From Octopus sinensis (taxonomy: Eukaryota), in contig NC_043020.1 in the NCBI RefSeq assembly GCF_006345805.1, positions 2,914,001-2,978,000 of the forward strand: a stretch of DNA of 64,000 nucleotides, read 5' to 3'. This document shows, piece after piece, positions 51,953-64,000 of this stretch. Positions within the stretch are counted from its first letter, which is position 1. Each line of letters begins with the position of its first letter. Under the pieces are notes generated by a model. That model did no database searches, had not been told where the DNA came from, and worked only from the letters and a program-made list of their open reading frames with translations. The translations under genes and the position numbers were made by a program.

Positions 51953-53117
51953 AAGGCATATTTTGAGAAATAGTAGTAATGAATAATGATGTCATACAAG
52001 AACAAAAGAGAAAGTGAGATCACCTGATGGAGACAGAGATTTCTCTTTGATATAATGAAGGTAACATTGCTACTTTTCACCTGCCTGGATTGTGCTCTTC
52101 ACACTTCAATTGACAAAATCAAATTAAAGAATTTGGCTTCAACCTAACACAATCCACCTCAACTTGTCATTCAAGGTACTTCAAGCAGACACTAAAACCA
52201 ATTTTGCAAATGTATCATAGAATAATTTTGTTACCTTTCATCCACAAACTGGTCAAGGGGTTAGGGTATTACATTTGCAATCACAAGGTTGTGGGTTTGA
52301 TTCCAGGACTGAGTGGTACATTGCATTTTTGAGGGAAACACTTCATTTCGTGTTACGAGTTCACTCAGCTGGAAATGAGTAACCCTATCTCCATGGAAAC
52401 CAGGTAACTGGCCCTGTGGGTTCTCGGACTTGAGATTTCTTTACATCAACAAGCTGTAGAAGAATGTCTTCCCATCTGACAAACAACTAACACACTGAGT
52501 TCTAAGGGAGTCTGAAGCAATTATTGAGAAGCACAACCAATTGAAGAACGGCCCTTATTTAAAACGAACCAAATGAATAACATGCGGATTGTGCCGATTC
52601 TCCTCTGCTACCCACCTTCTACCATCTTTCTGAGTCCTTTCTGAGTCACACTCATACTCTCCCTTTCTTCACTCTCTTGGTTACCATTCTCTCTTCTAGT
52701 CACCCTCCTAGTCACAAAAGCCTTGAACAAACAGAGACAACATTGGGTCGAGAGGAATCTCTAGTTTTGCAAGCGATAGGGCAACCTCTTTAATGCTGGT
52801 GCCATGTAAAAGAGCACTCAGTACACTCTGTAAAATGGTCAGCCAACAAAGAGAGACAAGAGAGAGATGGAAAGGAAATGGCAAACTGCCTGGAACTGGT
52901 TCCTTGATAAAATGTACCCAATAGCACTCTGTACATTGGCCAATGCCAGGAATGTCAACCAGACATAGGAACCATTCCAAAAATGGAATGTATGACCGAA
53001 ACATAGTCCGATCCATGTAAGAAGGCAGCGATTCCAATTTAGAATTGTTTGGCTACGGATGCAGAGTCCAATGTGTGCCAGCATGGAAAGAAAACGGAAA
53101 ATGATTTTATATATATA

Positions 53118-53148
<31 letters not shown>

Positions 53149-53157
53149 CATACATAC

Positions 53158-53200
<43 letters not shown>

Positions 53201-53864
53201 GAGAGAGAGAGACAGACAGACAGATGTAAGTATGTATGTATGTGTGTGTGTGTGTATATGTATACACACACACACACAGCTACATATATAGATACCCAGG
53301 CATCTTTATTACTTGAATCTACAGACACAGCACTGCATCTTCACCAGCAAAACTACAACAATAACAATTCCGATACCATCTCTTCACCATCACAACCATT
53401 TTAATCATCTCCACTACTGCCACAGCCACCACTATCACCACCATCACCACAAATACAATCATTTCTGCCACTGCCACCACTGTCACCAGTACAATCAACT
53501 CCAACATCATCACCTCTACTACCACCACTGCCACCTCCAATTACCATCACAACCACTAATACTTCCACCAACACTACAGCTACTACCATAACCACAACCA
53601 CCACCAACATTCCCTGTATCTACAATCTTCAGACATTGTCAGGGAATGCGCAGGCCATTTGAGACCTCATCTTAATGAGAGTGTATGTAATTAATGACTA
53701 ATTAATAAAGCAAAGTTAGCAGAAGGGAGTGATATTATGGAGGGTAGTATCGCAGGTGGGGGTCAGACAAGTTCATTGTCAATTACAGGTGAGAATGGCA
53801 GAGTTGGAAAGGTAAGACAAAATGTCAAAACCAGAACTAAATAGATTTATGTGTGTTTTTGGTT

Positions 53865-53897
<33 letters not shown>

Positions 53898-55909
53898 TTG
53901 TATGTATGTGTAAGTATGCTATCATTTACGTGTGTGTGTAGATTTGTGTGGTTCCTTGTGTTTGTGTGAATGTATGTGTGTAAGCATATATTATGGTTCA
54001 CCTGGTATATGTGTTTGTGTATGCATGTATGTTATCCTTTATATGTGTATGTGTTGCTCCTTATATTTCTGTGTGTATGTGTATGTATGCATGTGCGTGT
54101 TACACTTTTTGTGTGAAGTGTGTGTGTGTGTTATTATGTGTAAGTGTGTGTCATGTGTGTGTTGTTATGTGTGTGTGTGTATTATGTGTATGTGTTGTTA
54201 TGTGTGTGTATTTTTGTGTGAAGTGTGTGTGTTGTTATGTGTGTGTGTGTTGTTATGTGTATATGTGTGAGGTGGAGCAGAGTTGATGAGTCTGATTGAT
54301 TAGGTAAATCAATCAGACATGAAATTTGATTAATGAGCATAGATTATTATTGGAGTTGTAGTGGTGGAAGAAGAAGAAGACGAAGGAGGAGGAGGAGGAG
54401 GTATTATTATTATTATTATTATCATTATTTAAATATATCATAATGAATGACTTGGCAGAATTGTTGAATGTTGGACAAAGAGCTTTGTGGTATTTCTTCC
54501 AGCTCAACTTTAGCTTTCATCCTTCTGGAATCAATAACATAAAGTACCAGTTACATACTAACCCTTCTTTCCTTAAAATTGCTGGCCTTGTGCCTATGTT
54601 AGAAATTATTACAGTGTTACCTCACAGTACAAGCAAACAAGCTCATTTACTCATTTTACAAATCAATTTTCCCCATTGAAATTAACTACAAATATTGTAA
54701 TCCGTTCCAGCCCCACAAAACCACACAAAAATGATTTTTTTATGGGTTTTAAAATAGAAAAGGTGGAGTTACAAGTAAAAGCACCATTCAAATGCTTGAA
54801 TGGTGCTTTTTACATGACATTGGCATGGGTGCCAGTCAGGTGGTACTGGTATTGGCCATGTTTGAATGGTGCTCTTTACGTGCCACCGACACGGGTGCCA
54901 ACCAAGCAGCACTGTCATTGGCCATGACTACAATTACCATGTTTTCACTGATTATTTCAGGTGCCTGTGTGGTTGTGACCAGACATAGATACCCTCACAA
55001 CCCAAAAAGGGTCACACCAACACTTGGCTTGTATTCATTTTCAGCTGATTAGGTTAAATCAAAATGAAATGAAGTGCCTTGTTCAAGGACACTGGTCTAG
55101 GAATTGAACCCACAATTTTATGATCAGGAGCTGAACACCTTAACCATGAGGTCATACAATGTCAACTATTGCCCCAGGGAACGACTTAAGGGACACTCAA
55201 TACCTGCCACCGAAACAGTTTTGTACTCTATCAGTCTCTTTTCAGTTATCATCATCATCTACTACTACTACTACTGCCATTACTACTACTACTACTACCA
55301 CCACCACCACCAATACTACTACTACTACTTCTACTACTACTACTACTGCCACTACTACTACTACTGCCACTACTACTACTGCTGCTGCTACTACTACTAC
55401 ACCACACATATATACATAATGGGCATCTTTCAGATTCCATCTACCAAATCCACTCACAAGGCTTTGGTCAGCCTGAGGCTATGGTACAAGACACTTGCCC
55501 AAGGTGCTATGCAGTGGGACTGAACCCGGAACCATGTGGTTGGGAAGCAAACTTCTTACCACACAGCCACACCTAAATGCATACATTTCTGCATATTAAT
55601 TTCTTTTTTACCTTTTTATTTTTAAATTTATTTTAAATTTATGAAAAAGACATTACAATTCTACAACAAAAAGCAAAAAAGTAAAAATTTTTAAAACTGA
55701 CAAAATTCATAAATATTTCATTAATCCACCCTGCTTCTTCCTAGCTCCAAGGCACCTCACTGTCATGTCGGTGAGGATAATAAGAGTGTGTGCATGAATT
55801 TACTAATTAATTAGATGTTGGCTTGAATAAATTAAAAAACAAAACTAAAAACAAAAAAGGATAAAACAAAAATAATCTTTATTGTATGAATGCCATGCTG
55901 TTACTGCTT

Positions 55910-56301
55910 GTTTGTTTGTTGAGCGAAGCGGTCTTCGTCCCAGAGCTCGCAAGATCGTGCCTCTGTAGTGGGAGAAGTCCGAAACGTGGTCCTTTGCTAT
56001 TCGTAAGACCCGCACAAGAGAAAGCAGGTCAACCCCCGACACCGAGAGCATCAACAGATGGATGAATGCGCATCCAGGCTCTGCGGTTGCGTAGGAAGTC
56101 GGCGACAAGAAACAGGAAGAAAGAGTGAGAGAAAGTTGGAGCGAAAGAGTACAACAGGGGTCGCCACCACCCCCTGCCGGAGCCTCGTGGAGCTTTAGGT
56201 GTTTTCGCTCAATAAACACACACAACACCCGGTCTGGGAATGGAAACCGCGATCCTCCGACCGCTAGTCCGCTGCCCTAACCACTGGGCCATTGCGCCTC
56301 C
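55910..56301 (-). mobile_element. tRNA-derived SINE (family D)
   Basis: Head ggaggcgcaatggcccagtggttagggcagcggact; about 390 bp collinear with 61580-61950. Confidence 0.85.
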
Positions 56302-57267
56302 ACTGCTGCTGCTGCTTTTGTAATTATTGCTGTTGTTATTGAGTTTATATTTTTGCAATTGTTGCTGTCGTTTAGCCCCAGATAATCTCTGGTATAGCAG
56401 AAAAGCCAACCAGAAAAGATGTCCCAGTTATCTTTGATTCACACATAGTATTTATCTCCAACTACATCTTATGCAGCAGAGATGCTCTCTCTTTGGTTGG
56501 CTGTCAAATTTGCTGTTCAACCCCAAATCGTTTCAGACTAAGTAGATATATGATCAAAGATTCCAGACATGACCATCCTGTCATTATTTTCTCCATTTTG
56601 AGGCAGTGACCTGGAAGAATCATTAGCATTCTCAGCAAAATACTTCGTGGCATTTCATCAATCTTTACATTCTGAGTTCATTCCACCAAGGTTGACTTTG
56701 TCCTTCATCCTTTAGGGATTACTAAAATAAGTACCAGCTGAGCCCTGGGGTTGACTTACCCCTCTTCTGAACTGATTCCTATTTTACTCAGATGGACCCT
56801 CAGAAACATTTAATATCTAAAAATATTTTATTATATTATAAACAAATATTATTAGGAATTGTATAAAAAAAAGTCAAACAAATCAACCCTAGGACGTTTT
56901 TTTAAGCTTGGTATAAATTCTATTGATCCTTTTTGCTGAACTGCTAATTTATGGGGATGTAAACACACCAACACTGGTTGTCAAGTGGTGGGGTGGGGAA
57001 CAAGCATAGACACAAAGACACATACATAGACATATACGGTTGGAATTTACACATACATACTTTATTATTAAAGCTGCAAAAACATTGCAAAAATATCCCA
57101 AAAATCTGCTACTCAGAGTTTCATATTCCTGTTCATTGGGCAGTTGTGATATTTTTGTGATGATTTTGCAGTAATAAAGCATATTACTCGACCTCAAATA
57201 TCTGAGTACTATTTTTCCCCACCTTGTTTCACATTTATCTGCTTACTCAGGTATGTGTGTGTGTGTG

Positions 57268-57300
<33 letters not shown>

Positions 57301-58661
57301 GACAGATTCTTTCAGTTTCCATCTACCAAATCCATTCATAAGGTTCTGGTAGGCCTGAGGCTATAGTAGAAGACACTTGCCCAAGGTGCCACGCAGTGGA
57401 ACTGAACCCAGACTGATGTGATTTGGAAGCAAGCTTCTTACCACACAGCTGTACCTGTGTCTAAGCATCCAACTTTGGGTGTCAAGCAGTAGGCAGGGTA
57501 ACATGTACAGACACAAAGAGAGGCAGACACATACAGACACGTGATGGCTTCCACACAGTTTCCATCTACCAGATTCACTAACGAGGCATTGATTAGCCTA
57601 GGGCTACTGTAGAAGACACTTGCCCAAGGTCCCATGCAGTGTGACTGAACACAAAGTCATGTGGTTGCAAAGCAAGCTTCTTGACCAGATGGATGGTCAT
57701 GATTGGAATGCCTTTGATAACAGGTCTGCTCAATCAGAGTTGACCTGAGGCAAAACGGCAGCGGAAAAACAAGGAAGGACTCCATCAAAGCTTCGGTCTT
57801 TGACTGATAACTTTCAGGTATTATTGCTACAGATGCTGGTGATGATGATGCTAATAACGAGGATGGTGGTGAGGATGGTGACAGTGAGGATGAAGGTGGT
57901 GATGATGATGGTGATGGTGTCAGAGATGATGATGGTGTTAATGATGATGAAGATGATGATGATGTAATACTGATGGTGCTGCTGTTGACGACAAGCTTGT
58001 TTGTTAAACAGAGACTGTTTAGCTTCTTACAATGACAAACGATTGCCATTGTATCATCAAAGCAGAACAAAGGGACTGATAAATTGGTTGCCATTCTACA
58101 TACATACACATACATATATATATACACAACACCGATTGATTATTCCATTGGAATCACAGAACATCAGGAATCACAGACCAGACAGAGAGTGGTCAATTAA
58201 TGACCACAGCAGCAGCAGCAGCTCCACTGCTGACCACAATATTTGATTGTTCTATTGTTTGTGGAATTAATCTGGCTGTTGTACAGGTGTGTGGGAGTAT
58301 GAGTAGGGAGAGGTAAGAGGGAGGGAGGGAGAGAAAGAGAGAGAATGTATGAGTGGGTGGGTGCGTGGGTGGTTAAGTGTGTGTAGGTCTTCAAAGGTTT
58401 CTACTATTAAATTTCCTGTTTCAAGATGCTTTCTCAATTTCTGCCCTCTATAAAGAGAGGGGGAGAGAGAGAGAGAAAGCGTGTGTATGTATGTGTGTGT
58501 GTGTGTGTGTACATGTAAACAATATATACATATATATATTATATATATATATATTAATAATATAAGGGTAAATAATTATTAATTTCAAAATCAACAATTA
58601 TTTCTAGGTAGATTTCGGTATCGAAATATAACCATTATCGGTAGGAACCTTTTTAAAAAGT

Positions 58662-59462
58662 TCTCTATATATATATATAAAATTGTAGTTGTGTGAGTGT
58701 CTGTCCCCTTCGATTTAGATTCCTAACTACTCCCACATTTTGCGGTGCAGTTTAACCAAATTCGGGTATCTTATAGTCGTGATTCATATCGAGCCCGTCT
58801 GGGTATTAGCGCGCGTCTACGTTGAGTCTACGATTTTAAAAATAATTTAACATCATTTTTTATTCCATTTTAAGGGAGTGTAAGGAAATCAACGTCGTAA
58901 AGCGTTGTCAAGGAGACCAGCGTTCTTTTAGAACAACGACTTCATGGCTTGAAGTCGCCAAAACAGAAATGGCTAAAAAAGCTGAAACAGATCCACAAAA
59001 ACAGCAATTACCGCCACACAGGGCAGGTTTCTTGTGCAAACAATTTGCACAACCGAATGTTTTAGTTGTTGCACAAATCTTTATATACAAAAGTGAAGTT
59101 GTGTGTCTTTCTCCTACGATTTAGATTCCTAACTACTCCCACATTTTGCAGTGCAGTTTAACCAAAACCGGGTATCTTATAGTCGTGATTCATATCGAGC
59201 TGTTCTGGGTATTAGTGCGCGTCTACGATGAGTCTACCATTTTAAAAATAATTTTTTTCCATTTTAATGCATTTTTTTGCTATTATATAAGGGAAGTAAC
59301 TCTCTAAAAATGTCTACGATGAGTCAACGATTTAAAAAAAATTTACTATAATTTTTTTTTCCATTTTTAATGCATTTTTTTGCTATTTTGGCTATAACTC
59401 TCTAAAAATGCTTTATAGTTATTTCCCTTACAAACCCGAGCAACGCCGGGCGATACTGCTAG
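58662..59462 (+). mobile_element. Non-autonomous Helitron
   Basis: 5' TC(TC)TATAT start, 3' CTAG (59459-59462), subterminal hairpin cccgagcaacgccggg (59435-59450), and an internal direct repeat of about 190 bp of its 5' end. Confidence 0.88.
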
Positions 59463-59569
59463 TTAATAATATAAGGGTAAATAATTATTAATTTCAAAAT
59501 CAACAATTATTTCTGGGTAGATTTCGGTATCAAAATATAACCATTATCAGTAGGAACCTTTTTAAAAAG

Positions 59570-59615
<46 letters not shown>

Positions 59616-59617
<2 letters not shown>

Positions 59618-60530
59618 GAGACAGTATCAAAAAGTCTCCAGACTGGTTATGTTTAATAAAAAATAACATATTTACCTAAGTTTTAATATAATCTTCTTTG
59701 AAATAGTGGTCTTGAGCAGCAATACACCAGTCTCAGCCTTGCTGCCACTTTTGGAATCCAGCCTGGAAGTTGTTTTCTGTAAGTTGAGGAGTTTCTACGA
59801 TTCGCTCTGGATCTCGACAACCATTGAGCTGTCACTTCATCTTCAGCAAAAGACGGAAGCCCATAGATGCTGAATCTGGGAAATAGGGTGGTTGTGTTAG
59901 TGATACCATTTTGTTCTGGGCAAGAAACTCTGGAGTGTGGAGAGCTCGGTGTCAGGGGTCATTGTCATCATGAAGAATCCGATTCTTTGTGCTCCATAAA
60001 CCTAGTTGCTTTCACCAAATGTCCTCCCTCAAACGCTTCAAAATGTTGTAGCAGAACTCTCAATTGACAGTCTGGCCCCAGGGGGATGCATTCATGATGC
60101 ACAATACCATGGATGTTGAAAAAAACGATGAGCATGCTCTTGATTGAGCTGTGGCTCTGTTGTGCCTTCTTCGGTCATGAAGACGTGATGATTGCTGCTT
60201 TGTCTCAGGGTCGTACCAGTAGACCCGACTCATCACCGGTGATGATCCTCGACATGAAGGACGGGTCATCAGCAGCATGCTGACGGAGATCTTGACAGAC
60301 TTTGACATGATGTTCTTTCTGCCCAGTGGTCAGCAGACGGGGGACAGACTTGGCAGAGACACACCGTATGTTCAATTCAGATGTTAGAATTACCTGCATG
60401 GACCCAATTGACAGACCAACAATATCGGCAACGCTGTTGATTATCCTCCGACGATCCTCATGCACAAACTGATGAATTTTCTCCACATATCTCCAGGGGT
60501 GACATTCATGGAAGATCTTCCAGATCGTTC
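59616..60530 (-). mobile_element. Mariner transposase pseudogene, 5' end missing
   Basis: VSAKSVPRLL (WVPxxL), IITGDES, YDPETKQQS and QPPYFPDSA (YSPDLAP) motifs with frameshifts. One TIR-like end after (TA)n. Confidence 0.92.
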
Positions 60531-60630
60531 ATCGTTTTCCAAGGACCTTCTTCAAAACAAAGTAATCTATGTCCAGATAGAATTTTAGCAGTTGTACTCT
60601 GGCATCATAACTCTACTCACTCCTATACTA

Positions 60631-60848
60631 CAAGGGGGTACTGAAAAGTTTCTGGCTTTAAGGGTATCGTGAAAGGCCTGATTGGAGGCGCAACCTTCCA
60701 AGTTCTTTTACAGCACTTAGAAAAACTGAAGGGCCGCTGCAATAAGTGTATGGATCTGAGAAGGGAATTTGTTGAACAAAATCATAATTAACTGATCCTC
60801 CTGAATTTCCTTTTACCCAAACCCAGGAACTTTTCAGCCTCCCTTTTG
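60631..60848. mobile_element. Mariner-derived MITE
   Basis: TA-flanked TIRs caagggggtactgaaaagtttctgg / ccaggaacttttcagcctcccttttg. Confidence 0.8.
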
Positions 60849-61579
60849 TATTCCTGTGGGTCCCTCCTCTCTTCTACATTATTCTTTACATAACACAGCA
60901 TGTGCTGCCCAGTCATTTTAAATATGTGGCATGTCTTCACTGCAGCTGTCTTTTACTTTTGTCAAGATGCACCCAGTTTTCAATAAAACCATTTTGATAA
61001 CACTGGTGTGTGTGTGTGTGTGTATGCATACATGTGTGCCTGTGTGTATTTGACTGCATATGTATATGTATCAGTTTGTGTGTATGCGTGTCAGATTGAG
61101 TCTGCCCACATCTGCCTCGGTACCTTTGTGGTGCATTATCGCATGAGTTTGGTTGTGTCTAAGTAAATGGTTGTATTTACAAAACTGAAGAAGTGCTCGA
61201 AACAGTGCACGCATGTGTGTGTATGTGTGAGCACATGAATGTATGCGTATGTGTTGCTTGTTGACACTGAAATTTCAAAGTTACTAACACCAATTTCATG
61301 CCCTTGATCTTTGGGTAACTGTTTCAAAACCACAGATATAAATCATCAAACAATGTAGTACTGGTCGTACCATATGACCGACCAGAATGTTACTTTTAAA
61401 GAGACATCAATATTGTCCAGTGGCAATATTCAACATAAAACAGACAGTAATATTCTGACCAGTTGTATGCTGTGACCAGTAAAATGGTCGGCAATATATT
61501 GATATTGAATGTGCTTTTGTTTCTGACTCATGGACATTTCACACACACACACACACACACAGCAGCAGCAGCAGGAGGA

Positions 61580-61950
61580 GGAGGTGCAATGGCCCAGTGG
61601 TTAGGGTAGCGGACTCACGGGTGGAGGATCACAGTTTTGATTCCCAAACCGGGCGTTGTGTGTGTTTATTGAGCAAAAACACCTAAAAGCTTTACAAGGC
61701 TCCGGCCAGGGGTGATGGCGACCCCTGTTGTGCTCTTTCGCCCCAACTTTCTCTCACTCTTTCTTCCTGTTTCTTGTCCCCGACTTGCTACGCAACCGCT
61801 GATCCTGGATGCACATTCATCCATCCGTCGATGCTCTCGGTGTTGGGAGTTGACCTGCTTTCTCTTGTGCGGGTCTTATGAATAGCAAAGGACCATGTTT
61901 CGGACTTCTCTCATCTTGCGAGCTTTGGGACAAAGACCGTTCGCTTAACA
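61580..61950 (+). mobile_element. tRNA-derived SINE (family D)
   Basis: Inverted homolog of 55910-56301. Confidence 0.85.
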
Positions 61951-63799
61951 GCAACAGTAATTATTGTCGGTCTTGACAGGGCAGAAAATCATTGTACAGT
62001 AATATCTCACTTTAGGAGGACCCATGTTATGAGAACCTGGGTTTGTGAGTTTTATTTTTCCAGCACAAGGTCCAAATTTTCAGTGAAGTGTGAAAGCTTC
62101 TACTACCATAACAAATACTTGTGTGTGTTACCAAGAAATTTATAGAGAGCGAAAAAGTTCTTCGAAGCAAACAACTCTAGACTTGTTTTCTAAAAAGAAA
62201 TCTACAAGTCTGTCTATGAGTGCTTGTGAATCGGTAATTGCGTCTACAAGTGATGGTGTGTGTGTGAGTCGAGTGCACGTGAAAGTGATTCAGAAAACGA
62301 TTATAATATTTAATATGGACGTTAAATGATGATGATGATGATGATGAACAACAGCAATAGCAGCAATCTCAAGACTACCAACAACAACAATGGCAATATC
62401 AGTACCATCACTATCATCATCATCACCAACTACAACAACAACAGAAACAACAGCAATAAAAGTACAACTACCAACAACAATAGTAATAAAATGACACTAG
62501 CAGTAGCAACTACAACAATGACAACAGCATTAGTAACACCACCACCACCACCACTACCACCACAAACAACAACAACAAAGCCAATACCATAACTAACAAT
62601 AGCAGCAGCAGCAACAACAACAAAAATACATCAACAAAACTAATCAAATAAAATGTAACTGAATCTATAATGATATCAATCTATTGAACTAAACTGATGT
62701 TTAACTAGCTTTGTAACCATGGCAACACAATCATTTTTATATTTTTATTTGTATATTCTTTTCATATCAACTGATGTTGATATGTTTAACCACAGGTCAG
62801 CCTTGATAGTGTCAGCCTATGAGCAAAGGCATTTCAGCTGTGACCATCCAGTCTTTTCTTTTCGTAGTTTATCTGGATCGTTACCAGCGTCGCCTTCCTG
62901 GCACCTGTGCCGCTGGCATGTATAAAAAGATTCGAGCGAGGTCATTGCCAGTACCGCCTGACAGGCCCCTGTGCCGGCGGCACGTAAAAAGCACCCACTA
63001 CACTCTCGGAGTGGTTGGCGTTAGGAAGGGCATCCAGCTGTAGAAACTCTGCCAGATCAAGACTGGAGCCTGGTGCAGCCATCTGGTTCGCCAGTCCTCA
63101 GTCAAAATCGTCCAACCCATGCTAGCATGGAAAGCAGACGTTAAACGATGATGATGATGATAATCTGGAAACTACATAATCCAATGTATCTTCACCTTTT
63201 TCTTGAGATACTGTGTTAATTGAGGGACATTTTGTTGTTTTTTCTTGCAATTTGACATGACTATGTAGGCTAATAGAGGAAGGGCCATACATAGGGATTT
63301 TCCAGGCTCAATGTAGACTTCATAATTAATAACTTAATAACAAAAAATTTAAATCAGAAATTCTGTTGTGTCTGGGGAGAGTCATTTTCTTTTTGTACCT
63401 TATTATGTAAGACACTTTTATCAAACGTCTAAGTTAAAGACCATAAACACACCAAAATCAATTGTCAAGCAGTGGCGATGGGGACAAACAAAGACCCAAA
63501 GACACACACTGAGATACGTGTGTGTGTACGATGAGCTTCTTTCAGTTTCTGTCTACTAAATCTACTGATGAATCTTTGTTCAACTTGAAGCTATAGTAGA
63601 AGACATTTGCCCAAGGTGCTATGCAGTGGGACTGAACCCAGTACCATGTGGTTGGGAGCAAGCTTCTTACACAGCCACATAAGTATACACGCACGTGTGT
63701 GTGTGTGCATGCACACACACAGAGTTGGGTTTTGCCTCCAGTACCACAGTACACAATAATATCAAAATGGTCAGCCATGTGAAATCGTCATTGTCCAAG

Positions 63800-64000
63800 C
63801 AGCTGAACCCAGTTGCCTCATTCCAACACCTTAAATCCAGTGGCCTTAAAAGGACCATTGATGAAGGGCTGTTGAAGAGGAAAGAAGAGGCAGACAGAGA
63901 AGATGGACAGTTAACATTAAAGAAGGGACAGGTCATTCATGGAGACCTGAACTTTGGTCTACAGTCAAAATAGATTTGAGAAGACTGGTGTACAGTGTAT
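63800..64000 (+). mobile_element. RTE-like LINE 3' fragment
   Basis: ERRGRQRRWTVNIKEGTG matches the RTE RGRxRxRWxDxIKEWTG motif. Confidence 0.6.

Noticed and set aside
56220-56301. tRNA gene
   Set aside because: A- and B-box-like motifs belong to a SINE head; there is no acceptor stem and the sequence continues into the repeat body.
49270-64000. RAD52 N-terminal exons (LGPExISxR..GGQK motif)
   Set aside because: Searched by eye and not found; probably beyond the window end.

Overview
Repeat-rich, AT-rich animal genomic DNA. The SINE families and dense (TA)n/(TG)n/(GAT)n microsatellites point to a coleoid cephalopod, most likely Octopus; this is inference, not a database result. The one clear gene is RAD52 on the minus strand. 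Eight phase-consistent GT-AG exons (49268 down to 8414, 1282 nt, about 427 codons) can be read directly. The N-terminal exons were not found and probably lie beyond position 64000, and the terminal exon is unresolved. The introns carry tRNA-derived SINEs, RTE, L1/Tx1 and Penelope-like retroelement fragments, two decayed Tc1/mariner transposons, hAT/piggyBac/mariner MITEs and a non-autonomous Helitron. Almost all ORFs in the supplied track are microsatellite or repeat noise. The most striking signal is a repeat family present twice in inverted orientation at 16.1-16.7 kb. It contains all three strands of a hammerhead ribozyme (NUH, CUGAUGA, GAAA) in a non-circularly permuted order, with compensatory changes in stems I and III between the copies. 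The intact-core copy lies on the RAD52 pre-mRNA strand. Several decayed Penelope-type minimal hammerheads, a SINE inserted at a RAD52 splice donor and two unusually long (about 110-125 bp) flanking direct repeats were also seen.
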